64,000 nucleotides of DNA, taken from IMG/VR virus record IMGVR_UViG_3300026549_000063, positions 21,643 to 85,642 of that record; one strand, written 5' to 3'. Below the pieces are notes generated by a model. That model was given only the letters and a program-made list of their open reading frames with translations. It searched no databases and was not told the DNA's origin. Source of the stretch: a virus (taxonomy: Duplodnaviria > Caudoviricetes). This document shows positions 29,850 through 39,849 of the stretch, one piece after another; positions within the stretch are counted from its first letter, which is position 1, and each line of letters begins with the position of its first letter. Made by a program: the position numbers and the translations under genes.

Positions 29850-30290
29850 ATGTTTAACACCGAAAAGATTATACGACTACTATTATGGATGTCTATACAC
29901 GATGATAAAAAAGTTCCTAAAGACTACTGGATAAATCCTGATAGATATATAAGACGCCCTGAATTAGCTTACTTCATTCGTTCTCAGTTATCTTTAGAAG
30001 ATTACTTAGAAAATCTGGTACGTAATAACGCAATAATTAAACGTACCTCGGAAACTCTAAATTTAACTTTAGCTACTATAACCGATAGGCTGCTGCAAGC
30101 AGCAGCTTATACTGAGCGTGATAAATTTGATGATACCATTGATGATATCTGTTGTGCTTTTATACGGCTTGAAGAGATACTTAATATCGACTATGTTAAA
30201 AATGCTTTAAGCAATGACTTTGCTGGCTGTATAAATAAACTACTTAATTTACCTTCTCAGCGACTTTTAGACGGCAACTATTTACTTTAG
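29850..30290 (+). CDS. Hypothetical protein
   Basis: 146-aa ORF with GGAGG RBS. Confidence 0.7.
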   Translation: MFNTEKIIRLLLWMSIHDDKKVPKDYWINPDRYIRRPELAYFIRSQLSLEDYLENLVRNNAIIKRTSETLNLTLATITDRLLQAAAYTERDKFDDTIDDICCAFIRLEEILNIDYVKNALSNDFAGCINKLLNLPSQRLLDGNYLL

Positions 30291-30300
30291 CACTTAGTAT

Positions 30301-30330
30301 ACTACTCTGACTGATATCAGTCAGAGTAGT
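30301..30330. terminator. Perfect 30-bp palindrome / terminator
   Basis: ACTACTCTGACTGAT|ATCAGTCAGAGTAGT. Confidence 0.65.
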
Positions 30331-30463
30331 TCTCTATATTCTTTACAATTTTTTGTTAATCGGTTCGTCATCTTCTAGTAAGCTTAATGGATAGATTAAC
30401 TGATTATTATTTATCCTTAATGTAATGTGACCAAACGGTGAAAATATCGAGGTATTTTAACAA

Positions 30464-33403
30464 ATGGAAAACTTTTTTCAAAACCTCAAAGTAAAGAAGC
30501 GCGATGGGCGAATCGTTAATTTTGATGCTGATAAAATCAAGAATGCAGTCAATGCTGCTGCTAACTCTCTGAAGGTAAGTTTACCAGCAGCTGCTCTGGA
30601 GACTATCGTTGAAGACGTATTAGCCAGTATCGCTAAAGATTTTAAGCCTGATACTCCTTACGATATCGAAAATATTCAGGATAAAGTTGAAGACTCTCTT
30701 ATTCGTGGTAACTATAGCGAACTTGCTAAGATCTATATCCTGTACCGGGATAACCGAACCAGGGCACGCAACACCAACAGCGTTGTCAACAAAACTATCA
30801 CCGATTTGGTAATGGTTGACAGTAAAGATCTGGATGCTAAGCGTGAAAATGCCAACATCAATGGCGACAGCACTATGGGTGCTATGCTCAAGATAGGCGG
30901 TACTATCACTAAAGAATATAATCTTAATAATCTGATTAAACCAGAGTACGCTAAGATGCATCGAGACGGTATCATTCACATTCACGATCTCGATTTCTAC
31001 GCTCTTACGATGAATTGTTTACAAATACCTCTGGGACAATTACTTGATCATGGATTCGCTACCGGGCACGGATACCTTCGTACTCCAGCTAGCATTCGCT
31101 CAGCTGCTACTTTAGCATGTATCGCTATCCAGAGTAATCAGAACGACATGTTCGGCGGACAGGCTATACCTACTCTTGACTATGACCTTGCTCCGTATGT
31201 AGCTAAGTCATATGTACGTAATGCATCTAAGTATCTCGAAGCTCACTGTGATTACGATTTAGATGTTTTCAAGAATAAGCTAATTAAACCTGCTGATAAA
31301 TACATCACTAAGCATGGTACTATTCTTGACAGTAACGGCATGGAATTCCTTAACGATTTAATTGACGGTATTCGCTTTACAGTACACGGTGTCGACTGCG
31401 CAGTTAGTCTCTCAAGCCTACACAAATATGCACGCAGAGAAACTGAAAATGATACTTTCCAAGCTATGGAAGCGATGGTGCACAACCTCTGCACGCTCAA
31501 CTCCAGATCAGGAGGGCAAGTCCCCTTCTCCAGCGTCAACTTCGGAACCTGCACAACAGAAGAAGGACGCATGGTTTCTAAGAATTTACTTCTGGCTGTT
31601 GATCGCGGCCTTGGCAATGGTGAAACTGCTATTTTTCCAATTTCTATTTTCAAAATGAAAAAGGGAATCAACGATAGAGGAAGTATCAACTATGATCTCT
31701 TCCAGCTAGCGTGCAAGGTCTCAGCCAAGAGATTATTCCCTAATTTTGAGAATGTAGACGCTCCGTATAATCTTAAGTATTATAAGCCAGGACATCCTGA
31801 AACTGAAATTGCTACCATGGGTGCTATAGCTGAAGGTAAAGTAACTCTCTATACTACTCATGGTAAAGTCTATACTGGCGATATTTCCGGAGCTGGTAAG
31901 TGGCTTATTGATCATAAGTTCACAACTACCGAAGATTACAAGGTATTTGATAAAGATACTAAATATCTTGATCTTAAGCCTTTCGTATTTATCAGCGATA
32001 GTATTAAAGGCTGCAATACCAAAGTTAAACGTTTCATGATTTTTGATACTAATGAAACTACTAAGTGGGTTAGAATATGCTACGCAGTTAACAAGTATGA
32101 TGTAACTGGTACATTAGTTGGTCATGTTGCTTACAAAGAACTTCTGGTAACTGACGATCATCCTCTTCCAGTATTCACTGGAAATATGAAAGAGATGCAT
32201 AAGAAGAAGTTCACCAGAACTCTGGCTAAGGATCTTAAGAAAGGTAATCTTATTCCAACCAACGCTGTAGCAGCTTATGAATTCCCTGGATCTCCTGCTA
32301 AGTATGTCATGCTCGAAGTTACTCATATACTTCCTGTAGAAAAAGATATACCTGTACATGGATACGATTTCGAAACTGAAAGCGATAGATTCGATGTAGG
32401 AAATATTGTAAGCCATAACTGCAGAACCAGAACTATCGGTAACGTTTATGATCCTGAGCATCAGCAAGTATCCGGCAGAGGTAATCTATTCTTCACTACC
32501 CTGAATTTACCTTATCTCGCTCTAGAAGCTAAAGAAGCTAATCCTATCAACACTTATGACAAGTTCATGACGCTGGTTGATCAAAATATCGATAAGATCA
32601 TCGATCTCTCTATTGATCGCATGAAGTTCATCAGCAACCGTAAAGCTAAGAATTATCCATTCCTCATGGGTCAGCATCTATATATCGGAAGCGAGGATCT
32701 TCTTAGTGAAGACAAAATCGCCGAGGTTCTAAAACAAGGCAGTATGACTCTAGGATTTATAGGCTTAGCCGAAACACTTAAAGTATTAACTGGGCACCAC
32801 CACGGTGAGTCTATTGCCTCCCAGAAAATGGGTATCGCTATAGTTAAGCATATGAGCGACCGAATGAAAGAAGCTGCTCAGAAATATAAGCTTAATTTCG
32901 CTCTAATGGGTTCACCTGCTGAAGGCTGCACCGGAAGATTACTCAGATTAACCAGAGCCAGATTCGGAACTATTGAAGGCGTAACCGATCATGAATATCT
33001 AACTAATTCCTTCCATGTACCGGTATATTACACTATTTCAGCTTGGGATAAGATTCAGACTGAAGCTCCTTATCATCAGTACTGCGATGGTGGTTGTATC
33101 AGTTATATTGAGCTTACTGAAGATGCTACTAAGAACCTTAGAGGTTTTGAAGCATTAGTAACTGCTATGGCCGATGCTGGTATGAATTATTTTGCCATCA
33201 ATCATCCAGTCGATCGTGATCCGGTTTGCGGCTATGTTGGATATTTCCCTGAGAATACTTGCCCTCGGTGCGGAAGACATGAAGGTGAAGGAGTTCCAGT
33301 AAGAAAATTACTTTCCTTAAAATCTTACGCTCCAGATCCTGAATATGCTGTTCGTTTTTCCGATGTCGAACAAGATGAAATGATGTCCAACGAAGTTCTT
33401 TAA
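30464..33403 (+). CDS. nrdD: Class III ribonucleotide reductase large part (ATP cone, intein-containing, lacks glycyl-radical motif)
   Basis: ATP cone KVKKRDGRIVNFDADKI; RENANINGD, IHIHDLDFY, QSNQNDMFGGQ, MG/CRT, GRGNLFFTTLNLP, YLTNSFHVPV, DPVC...CPRC; no RITGY. Confidence 0.95.
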   Translation: MENFFQNLKVKKRDGRIVNFDADKIKNAVNAAANSLKVSLPAAALETIVEDVLASIAKDFKPDTPYDIENIQDKVEDSLIRGNYSELAKIYILYRDNRTRARNTNSVVNKTITDLVMVDSKDLDAKRENANINGDSTMGAMLKIGGTITKEYNLNNLIKPEYAKMHRDGIIHIHDLDFYALTMNCLQIPLGQLLDHGFATGHGYLRTPASIRSAATLACIAIQSNQNDMFGGQAIPTLDYDLAPYVAKSYVRNASKYLEAHCDYDLDVFKNKLIKPADKYITKHGTILDSNGMEFLNDLIDGIRFTVHGVDCAVSLSSLHKYARRETENDTFQAMEAMVHNLCTLNSRSGGQVPFSSVNFGTCTTEEGRMVSKNLLLAVDRGLGNGETAIFPISIFKMKKGINDRGSINYDLFQLACKVSAKRLFPNFENVDAPYNLKYYKPGHPETEIATMGAIAEGKVTLYTTHGKVYTGDISGAGKWLIDHKFTTTEDYKVFDKDTKYLDLKPFVFISDSIKGCNTKVKRFMIFDTNETTKWVRICYAVNKYDVTGTLVGHVAYKELLVTDDHPLPVFTGNMKEMHKKKFTRTLAKDLKKGNLIPTNAVAAYEFPGSPAKYVMLEVTHILPVEKDIPVHGYDFETESDRFDVGNIVSHNCRTRTIGNVYDPEHQQVSGRGNLFFTTLNLPYLALEAKEANPINTYDKFMTLVDQNIDKIIDLSIDRMKFISNRKAKNYPFLMGQHLYIGSEDLLSEDKIAEVLKQGSMTLGFIGLAETLKVLTGHHHGESIASQKMGIAIVKHMSDRMKEAAQKYKLNFALMGSPAEGCTGRLLRLTRARFGTIEGVTDHEYLTNSFHVPVYYTISAWDKIQTEAPYHQYCDGGCISYIELTEDATKNLRGFEALVTAMADAGMNYFAINHPVDRDPVCGYVGYFPENTCPRCGRHEGEGVPVRKLLSLKSYAPDPEYAVRFSDVEQDEMMSNEVL
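31823..32419 (+). mobile_element. Ala1 mini-intein (199 aa) in nrdD
   Basis: Splits MG|CRT. Starts with Ala; block B VTDDHPL; block F GYDFET; ends SHN followed by Cys+1; no LAGLIDADG motif. Confidence 0.9.
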
Positions 33404-33483
33404 TATCTATGCGGTTATAGATTCTATTTCTATAACCGCATATTCCCACTAACCTATTAACCTCCTGGAGGATTTTGCTACCT

Positions 33484-33648
33484 ATGACCAAAGATACACT
33501 TATTGGAACCGGAGTTAATTTCACTCACATCGCTCGTATCACTGGATATCTTGCACGTATCGATCGTTTCAACAGCGCCAAGCTGTGTGAAGTCAAAGAG
33601 CGTGTTAAGCATAGTCTCAGTGCTCCGCAGGTTGCTAAAGCTGCTTAA
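33484..33648 (+). CDS. nrdD: Stand-alone NrdD glycyl-radical domain (54 aa, not in ORF track)
   Basis: GGAGG RBS. MTKDTLIGTGVNFTHIARITGYLARIDRFNSAKLCEVKERVKH carries the RITGYL motif missing from the large ORF. Confidence 0.9.
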   Translation: MTKDTLIGTGVNFTHIARITGYLARIDRFNSAKLCEVKERVKHSLSAPQVAKAA

Positions 33649-33806
33649 TTAACTAAGGTTTTTTATCAAGGTCAATAGTCAGGAGGTTTTCATACCTCCT
33701 GACTTACTAACTATATATAGTGTGAAATGCCAATATTTTATGACTGCATCTAAGCCAGTACTGATATATTGGCTAGATATCAAAACTAATCTTCGAGGAT
33801 TTTCAA

Positions 33807-34886
33807 ATGGCCGATACACTTATGTCAGATGCAAAAACTACGTTATCCGACATAGTTAACACTATGCACGATATTTCTGACTCTACTAACTCATCGCTAT
33901 TCAGATTTGTTAAAAGATCAACAGTTATCAGTAGGGTTTACATAGATAACACTCTAGCCAATGAAGAAATTATAACGCCTATCATGCTTAACGTCATGGA
34001 TCTGTACGTTGGTCTTATCATGACTGCGCTCAATCTCAATAGTTATATACAGGGATGCACCCGTGTACGTGACGTATTATCCACTGTAGCTACTGAAGAC
34101 TTTAAGCCTGTAACTAATATTCACAAAGAACTTGATAAATATTTCGCTCTTAAAGGTGCTGCAGCCATGCCTGCCATGGAAGACGATGCTGTAAGAACTG
34201 CCGAGCTCAGTAAAACTTCCAGTGTTCAGCCTCTTCCAGTTGGTCGTGTAGTAGACGTTAAAATGTCCGGGACGGATAAAGACGGCAATCCTAGCAAAGG
34301 CAGCAATGTTCAGGTACTTGTACAGCTTCACCCGATGTTCGTTCCGCCTGAGGTATCTGCTCAGTTCATTGCCATGAACTTTAAGCCTTCATTCTCACAG
34401 CGTTGGCTGCAGATGACTTCTGGAGAGATTTCATTCTGGAGTGACTTCCTTCTGGGTAATGATCTTAGACGCCAGAAGTATAACGCTATGCGTAAAGATA
34501 AGAACGGCGTTCTTAAGGATATGGAAGACCGTAGGTCTAACGCGGTTTCTAACCTGTGGCTTAAGTTACTCGGAGTTGAGCCTGATAGGCAGAATATTGC
34601 TAACACTATTCTTATTTACGAAAGTAAGAACTTTAAGAAAGCCTGCAGCAACTCAGGTATTAACTTCCAGAATTACAGCAGTAGACAGAAGTTCTTCGAA
34701 GCTACTATGTCCATGATAGTTATCTCTGTTGATATCATGTACAGCAAGATCAGTATGTACTATAACGGCATCAACACTTCCAGTGAGCTTACCTTCGATC
34801 AGTGCAAGCGTAACTCCAAGACTGAAGGCGTTGACATCATGACCATGATGAAACAGTATGCTCAGGGTATGGCACCGAAGTTCTAA
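33807..34886 (+). CDS. Putative virion head protein
   Basis: GAGGA RBS; ATE and AME candidate cleavage sites; resembles a head-protein pair I recall from phiKZ-like phages. Confidence 0.5.
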   Translation: MADTLMSDAKTTLSDIVNTMHDISDSTNSSLFRFVKRSTVISRVYIDNTLANEEIITPIMLNVMDLYVGLIMTALNLNSYIQGCTRVRDVLSTVATEDFKPVTNIHKELDKYFALKGAAAMPAMEDDAVRTAELSKTSSVQPLPVGRVVDVKMSGTDKDGNPSKGSNVQVLVQLHPMFVPPEVSAQFIAMNFKPSFSQRWLQMTSGEISFWSDFLLGNDLRRQKYNAMRKDKNGVLKDMEDRRSNAVSNLWLKLLGVEPDRQNIANTILIYESKNFKKACSNSGINFQNYSSRQKFFEATMSMIVISVDIMYSKISMYYNGINTSSELTFDQCKRNSKTEGVDIMTMMKQYAQGMAPKF

Positions 34887-34904
34887 TCAGGGAGATTTTA
34901 ATAA

Positions 34905-35888
34905 ATGCTATTATTAACTAAGATAGCTAAGTCTATCAGCGATTGGCGCAATAAAAATCGTATTGCGCATCTAAAACGTTCCGACGTTGAAGATATCATC
35001 GATCAGAATATCAAACTACATTCTGATATTGGAACTACTCTTAAGGACTTCACCACTCAGGAGATGAATGACTGGATGACTAACAAAGTCAGACCTGCTC
35101 TTGATGCATCTCACGATGAATTCCATACCTGTCTTGATGAGTACTACAAATATCTGGGCAATACTGCTATGTCAGCTGAAAGGAAATGCCCGTTATCCAG
35201 TATCCGCTCAGCTAATTCTATCTACGCTAAGATACTAGCTGAGATTAAGCCTAAGCTTGATGACTTCATCCAGAAGGAAACTGTAGACATCTACGAAACC
35301 AAGATGAGTGGTCTAGCTGTTCTTGGTATGCTAAGAGACAGTAACCTTATAGCTAACTACAGCATGTATCTGTTCACTTATCTTACCCGTATCAGTAACG
35401 GTACTGCTGATGGTATTCCTAGGTATCGTAATGTATTCCTTATGGAGAATGCCGAGAAAGCTGGTAAGATAGTTTCTATGGTACTTGAACATAGAGGAGA
35501 CTATAACTTCCTTGACGACGTATCCCGTATGCGTCAACAAGGTGCTGATTTAGTACTCGGTGTAGATAACAAGATAGACTTCGATCAGCGTGCGGCTATG
35601 CACTTCTATCCCAGCGATATGCTTGACTCTCTCCTTGGAGCTCTATCACACCTTAACCTGTTCGATGCTATCGGTAATGCCTGGATATCCTACAAGGTTA
35701 GCAAGAATAATAAGATCAAAGAGTCTCGTGAATGGATGATTAACCACGTAGCTATCATTCGTATGGAATTAGCCAATAAGGATCAGTCTAGTCCTGAGTA
35801 CACTAAACTGCTTAACGTTGTTAAAGCGTACGATGCTAAGATAGCTGAATACGATAAAGAAATTCATGACTTTGAAGATGGAGACTAA
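34905..35888 (+). CDS. Putative virion head protein
   Basis: Co-oriented partner with a C-terminal coiled coil (YDAKIAEYDKEI). Confidence 0.5.
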   Translation: MLLLTKIAKSISDWRNKNRIAHLKRSDVEDIIDQNIKLHSDIGTTLKDFTTQEMNDWMTNKVRPALDASHDEFHTCLDEYYKYLGNTAMSAERKCPLSSIRSANSIYAKILAEIKPKLDDFIQKETVDIYETKMSGLAVLGMLRDSNLIANYSMYLFTYLTRISNGTADGIPRYRNVFLMENAEKAGKIVSMVLEHRGDYNFLDDVSRMRQQGADLVLGVDNKIDFDQRAAMHFYPSDMLDSLLGALSHLNLFDAIGNAWISYKVSKNNKIKESREWMINHVAIIRMELANKDQSSPEYTKLLNVVKAYDAKIAEYDKEIHDFEDGD

Positions 35889-35891
35889 TCT

Positions 35892-36884
35892 ATGCAACTC
35901 TTTGACGTGATGAGGCCTGCTGGTCCTATGGCTGGTTGCCAGGACGATATCGCTCATTTATCCATGCATAGAGATATCGTCCTCATCGAGTTACTTAAAC
36001 AGGCTGATATACGTAATACTACACTGTTCATCGCAGCGCAGTATGCTAATATGTTCAATACGGTCTGGAAAGATAACCCTGCACTTATCCATCAGTACTT
36101 CAGTACTCATCAGCGTGAACTTTCTATGTTCATCAAGATGAAGATGGATCGTGTAGTTAACCGGTTACTTGATCAGGCTAGCAGATTTAGCACTAACAGT
36201 AGATTCCTAAGTACTGTTGAACTGGATGCAGCTACTGCAGCATCTATCGACAACATGCTCAGCGAACTCAAGAATAGAGCTAACGATAAGGATATCAGTA
36301 CTGCACTGATCACTACTACCGATGATTTACTCGCCGGTAAACCAGTAATAAGAACTGGTATCCTTACTGATTTAGAAGTATTCGAAATAGCTATCCGTGG
36401 TAATAAAGAAGCGTATAAAGCTAATGAGCAAAACTATAACTGGAGAAATCATCCGACTACCCAGTTACCTTTGCTCATAACCGAGCTGTACAATACATTA
36501 ACCGGAATAGTACGCAATGTAAGATATAAATCAGCTAACGTCTGCTACAATTACAAAGAGTGGGCTACACTACTAAGTATCATTTACATGCTCTATACTG
36601 ATCCGCATTACTACAGAGACTTTACTGACGAAGCTATATGGCTATCAGACAAAATACCTCCTGGAGAAGGGATACCTCCTGAAGAAAGGAATCCATATGT
36701 TAATATGTTTACTGGATTTACTCCTGAGGAAGCTATCTGTGACTGTGGCCATCTTGGTGTAACTGTAGAGTCATATGAGAAAACCCACAGAGGTATACGT
36801 GAACGTAATGATAACCCGTTGGTTAAAGCTTATCTGCAGCTTCAGTACGCAGTGAACAGATGTAGCACTCCTTCTCTTGAATAA
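35892..36884 (+). CDS. Hypothetical protein
   Basis: 330-aa ORF in the same operon. Confidence 0.7.
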   Translation: MQLFDVMRPAGPMAGCQDDIAHLSMHRDIVLIELLKQADIRNTTLFIAAQYANMFNTVWKDNPALIHQYFSTHQRELSMFIKMKMDRVVNRLLDQASRFSTNSRFLSTVELDAATAASIDNMLSELKNRANDKDISTALITTTDDLLAGKPVIRTGILTDLEVFEIAIRGNKEAYKANEQNYNWRNHPTTQLPLLITELYNTLTGIVRNVRYKSANVCYNYKEWATLLSIIYMLYTDPHYYRDFTDEAIWLSDKIPPGEGIPPEERNPYVNMFTGFTPEEAICDCGHLGVTVESYEKTHRGIRERNDNPLVKAYLQLQYAVNRCSTPSLE

Positions 36885-36888
36885 ACTC

Positions 36889-36922
36889 TAGGTAGGCTCT
36901 GGGATATCCCAGAGCCTACCTA
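36889..36922. terminator. Perfect 34-bp palindrome / terminator
   Basis: TAGGTAGGCTCTGGGAT|ATCCCAGAGCCTACCTA, then a T-rich tail. Confidence 0.8.
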
Positions 36923-36929
36923 TTTATTT

Positions 36930-36956
36930 TTCATTTTACTAATATTTATATATTAC
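36930..36956 (+). promoter_or_regulatory. Putative early promoter
   Basis: TTCAT-N12-TATATATTAC. Confidence 0.7.
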
Positions 36957-37005
36957 TAATGTGTGATAGTTGTAACTTCTACAACTGTATAACAGGGAGA
37001 GAATT

Positions 37006-37791
37006 ATGCTAGACAAAAATGAATTGCAGAAACTGATTGAGGCACCCCTTGAGGAAAAATGCTTCATCACCGATCCGTTTCCGGCAGATAACGGAGTGTC
37101 TCAGCGGTTCCAGGTTGTTAAGAAATATGATCCGAAATTAGTCAACCCGGATCTCTGTGGTCTCTGCGAGTACCTCAAAGATTCGCATGGAATGAGACGA
37201 GTTCTTGTTGTTGTTCTTTTGCCGAAAGATAAGCCAATCGATTTCAGTAATGAAGTCAGACGAAACGAACTCGGTGCTATTATCTGTCATGAATTTGGTC
37301 ACGCTGCGCAGTATTTAGCAGGAAAGTCAAAATACAAATCAATAAGGCCTCATGCATATGCACTTGTAGATGATAGTGAAAAGGATGCTGATACTCATGC
37401 ATTCCTTTGCGGTTATGGAAAGGCTATGGTTAGCCACTTCAAGCGTATATTAGCTGAGAAAAAAGACGATGAGATGTGGCATATTCATAATGCAGACGTA
37501 CCTATGCGCATTCGTGGGCTCGAGTACTTATTAAAAGAATCAACAGTAACCAAAGAAGAGGGTACCAGACGTTATGGCAGATATGTTATCGACTGCCATA
37601 GAAGAATACTAAGTTATACCTTAGCTTGCAGTAATGGCAACTTCACGCGAGTAAGGTGGAAAATCAGATCAATCACTTTCGGAGAAGAAAACATAATAAG
37701 CGTTGATTTATTCGGAAGAATAAGCGGTAATCGTATTTGGGACGAATTCAAACATATCGTTGCTTTTCGGAACGAATATGAATTTGTTTAG
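37006..37791 (+). CDS. HExxH zinc-metallopeptidase-like protein (paralog 1)
   Basis: ICHEFGH...EKDADTHA..GYG. Confidence 0.7.
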   Translation: MLDKNELQKLIEAPLEEKCFITDPFPADNGVSQRFQVVKKYDPKLVNPDLCGLCEYLKDSHGMRRVLVVVLLPKDKPIDFSNEVRRNELGAIICHEFGHAAQYLAGKSKYKSIRPHAYALVDDSEKDADTHAFLCGYGKAMVSHFKRILAEKKDDEMWHIHNADVPMRIRGLEYLLKESTVTKEEGTRRYGRYVIDCHRRILSYTLACSNGNFTRVRWKIRSITFGEENIISVDLFGRISGNRIWDEFKHIVAFRNEYEFV

Positions 37792-37800
37792 GAGTTGACT

Positions 37801-38406
37801 ATGAGTGACATGAGGAAAATGATTAAAGCCAAGAAAAAAGAAGCTTGGCTTAGGAAGATGGCTATCGTAGCTCTTGATCAGCACGCAAGAATGGCTAGAG
37901 CCCAGCATATTTCAGAGAAAGATTTTGTGTCTGCGCCATTCGACACCACGTTCAATGGCAAGAATCTTATCGACGACGATAAGCTGGTCTACTATAAAGT
38001 CAAAGCTTGGCAAAAAGCGTTCAAGGAACCGGTTCTTAATCTTGCTAATTTCAACACCGATGCTGACAAAGCTGAAGGCAAGATTATAGGTTCCTGGAAT
38101 CGTCTCACTAGTGTAGCTGCTAACACCCTGTCTAACTGGGCTAAGGCTGGTGCTGACTATCAGAAATGGATGCGTGAATTCCATTTTGAATCTCAGCGCG
38201 ATTACGGTTTCCAACTCGCTATGGAAGAATGTCATACTTTCTGGTACACTGATGATTTATGGCATGCCATTAAGACAGCGTGCAAGATTCATTGTCAGTA
38301 CGGCAGAGGAGCTCTCTTCTTTGTCAGGCTTGATGAACTGTCACTGGATCTTAATCACAAGAACGACATGAGAATTTGGGAGCAGTTTTACGGAGGTACA
38401 AAGTAA
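37801..38406 (+). CDS. Hypothetical early protein, paralog of 39112
   Basis: AGGAG RBS; shares KAW..A and A..IH..G...LF blocks with 39112..39762. Confidence 0.7.
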   Translation: MSDMRKMIKAKKKEAWLRKMAIVALDQHARMARAQHISEKDFVSAPFDTTFNGKNLIDDDKLVYYKVKAWQKAFKEPVLNLANFNTDADKAEGKIIGSWNRLTSVAANTLSNWAKAGADYQKWMREFHFESQRDYGFQLAMEECHTFWYTDDLWHAIKTACKIHCQYGRGALFFVRLDELSLDLNHKNDMRIWEQFYGGTK

Positions 38407-38408
38407 TC

Positions 38409-38954
38409 ATGGCAAAGAAAACAACGGAACTTCCTGCATCCGAAGAGTCTAATGATCAACTTTCGGGTGCAGTAGATCGTGTTGCGAAAGCCCTAGACGA
38501 AGGGCTAGCTAGGGTAGAAGAAGAAATGGACACTACCTTTCGTATAATGGACGTACACAAAGATGGTTTAAGAGACGTCATAGCAGAAACTATCGATAGT
38601 ATCCCCGAAGAATATGAAAAGCGTGGTGCTTGTCGGTGGTACCTCAGAGAGTATTACGAGATGACTGTATGGATCCTCTCTAATTATCTCGCGAAAGGTA
38701 TATCGCGTATCCGCGGAAGAACTTATGACCATTACGGTGATCCTGACAAAATCATCGAGGTTCTTCAGTACGCTATGTACGATGAGCTAATCAATGATGA
38801 CTTTCCTGAAGGAGCCTATCAGAGTGCTGAGTACGCATTCAAACGAAACAACGACGAGATGGGATTCAGAATCAGGGTAGAGAAATTCAAAGCGGAATTA
38901 CTAAAGTTCATGTATTGCTGTGCCAAAGATCTCTATGAGCATTACCACAAGTAA
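38409..38954 (+). CDS. Hypothetical early protein
   Basis: ATG 38409 after GGAGG. Confidence 0.7.
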   Translation: MAKKTTELPASEESNDQLSGAVDRVAKALDEGLARVEEEMDTTFRIMDVHKDGLRDVIAETIDSIPEEYEKRGACRWYLREYYEMTVWILSNYLAKGISRIRGRTYDHYGDPDKIIEVLQYAMYDELINDDFPEGAYQSAEYAFKRNNDEMGFRIRVEKFKAELLKFMYCCAKDLYEHYHK

Positions 38955-39020
38955 CTGTTAGTATAATCTTTAACTGTGTAGAGTACTGGTCTGCAGGCCA
39001 GTACTCTTTTATCTCAAAAG

Positions 39021-39060
39021 TTCATCATTTTTTCGATTATATATCATTTAAGTGCAAAGG
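39021..39060 (+). promoter_or_regulatory. Putative early promoter
   Basis: TTCAT-N12-TATATATCAT-TTAAGTGCAAAGG. Confidence 0.7.
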
Positions 39061-39111
39061 ATGGATTGTGTTGTTTGCAGTCCTATTTATCAACTAACAT
39101 AGGAGTAAACT

Positions 39112-39762
39112 ATGAATTTTGAAATCGTTAACTACCACGATCTTATGTCATGGTATTCTGATGCTGCTGACGATGCAGCTCAGGATCTCGCCTTTGAGTT
39201 CATCGGCCAGATGGTCCGTGACGGCGACGATACTACCGTCCCTACCATCATGTACATTGACCAGGCCAAGAAGTTCTACGGGCTTGGACTGGGATTCTTC
39301 ACCATCAGCGACGAGCAGAAACTCGGCCGTTGCATCAAGGCATGGAAGCGTGCCTATGAGGCTTACTACGCTCCCGACGACGGCACTGATGAAGAAGCTC
39401 CTGAGAGCCCTGAAGAGGCTACTGCCAACCGGGCAGATGCCTGGGACGAGTTCATCTCGGCTTACATGGAAGCTGAGAAGTACTACGCTGAGTGTGCCAA
39501 GAACCTGTTCAAAGACTTCATCACTAAGCCTGAGCTTGGTGGTGACGAAGTCATGGCGGCAATAGCAGCACGCCGCTATTTCGACCAGGCACTCCTGGCA
39601 ACAGATGTATACTCTGCTCTCATGCACGCCGACCAGATACACACTGGTAAATCTCACCTGTTCATGAACAGGATGATTGCATTCATGGCGGGTAAGGCAA
39701 GACGGTGTGATGCCAAGGTGCTCGAGTGGTATAAAGAGTTTAAGAAAGCTGATGCTAAGTAG
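39112..39762 (+). CDS. Hypothetical early protein, paralog of 37801
   Basis: AGGAG RBS; visibly more GC-rich than the genome background. Confidence 0.75.
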   Translation: MNFEIVNYHDLMSWYSDAADDAAQDLAFEFIGQMVRDGDDTTVPTIMYIDQAKKFYGLGLGFFTISDEQKLGRCIKAWKRAYEAYYAPDDGTDEEAPESPEEATANRADAWDEFISAYMEAEKYYAECAKNLFKDFITKPELGGDEVMAAIAARRYFDQALLATDVYSALMHADQIHTGKSHLFMNRMIAFMAGKARRCDAKVLEWYKEFKKADAK

Positions 39763-39849
39763 TATCTAGCCAGCTTTAACCTATTGGGTAGTGGTAGCGA
39801 GTGGGGGCGCTGCTGCTACCTTTCTTTTTGGATTATGGGAGAATGAATT

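Noticed and set aside
31823-32419. Homing endonuclease or class 3 intein
   Set aside because: No LAGLIDADG/HNH motifs, too short, and no Trp-B12 or Cys-F4.
30464-33403. nrdD as a truncated pseudogene
   Set aside because: The missing RITGY domain is present as a separate ORF with its own RBS, and nrdG is intact.
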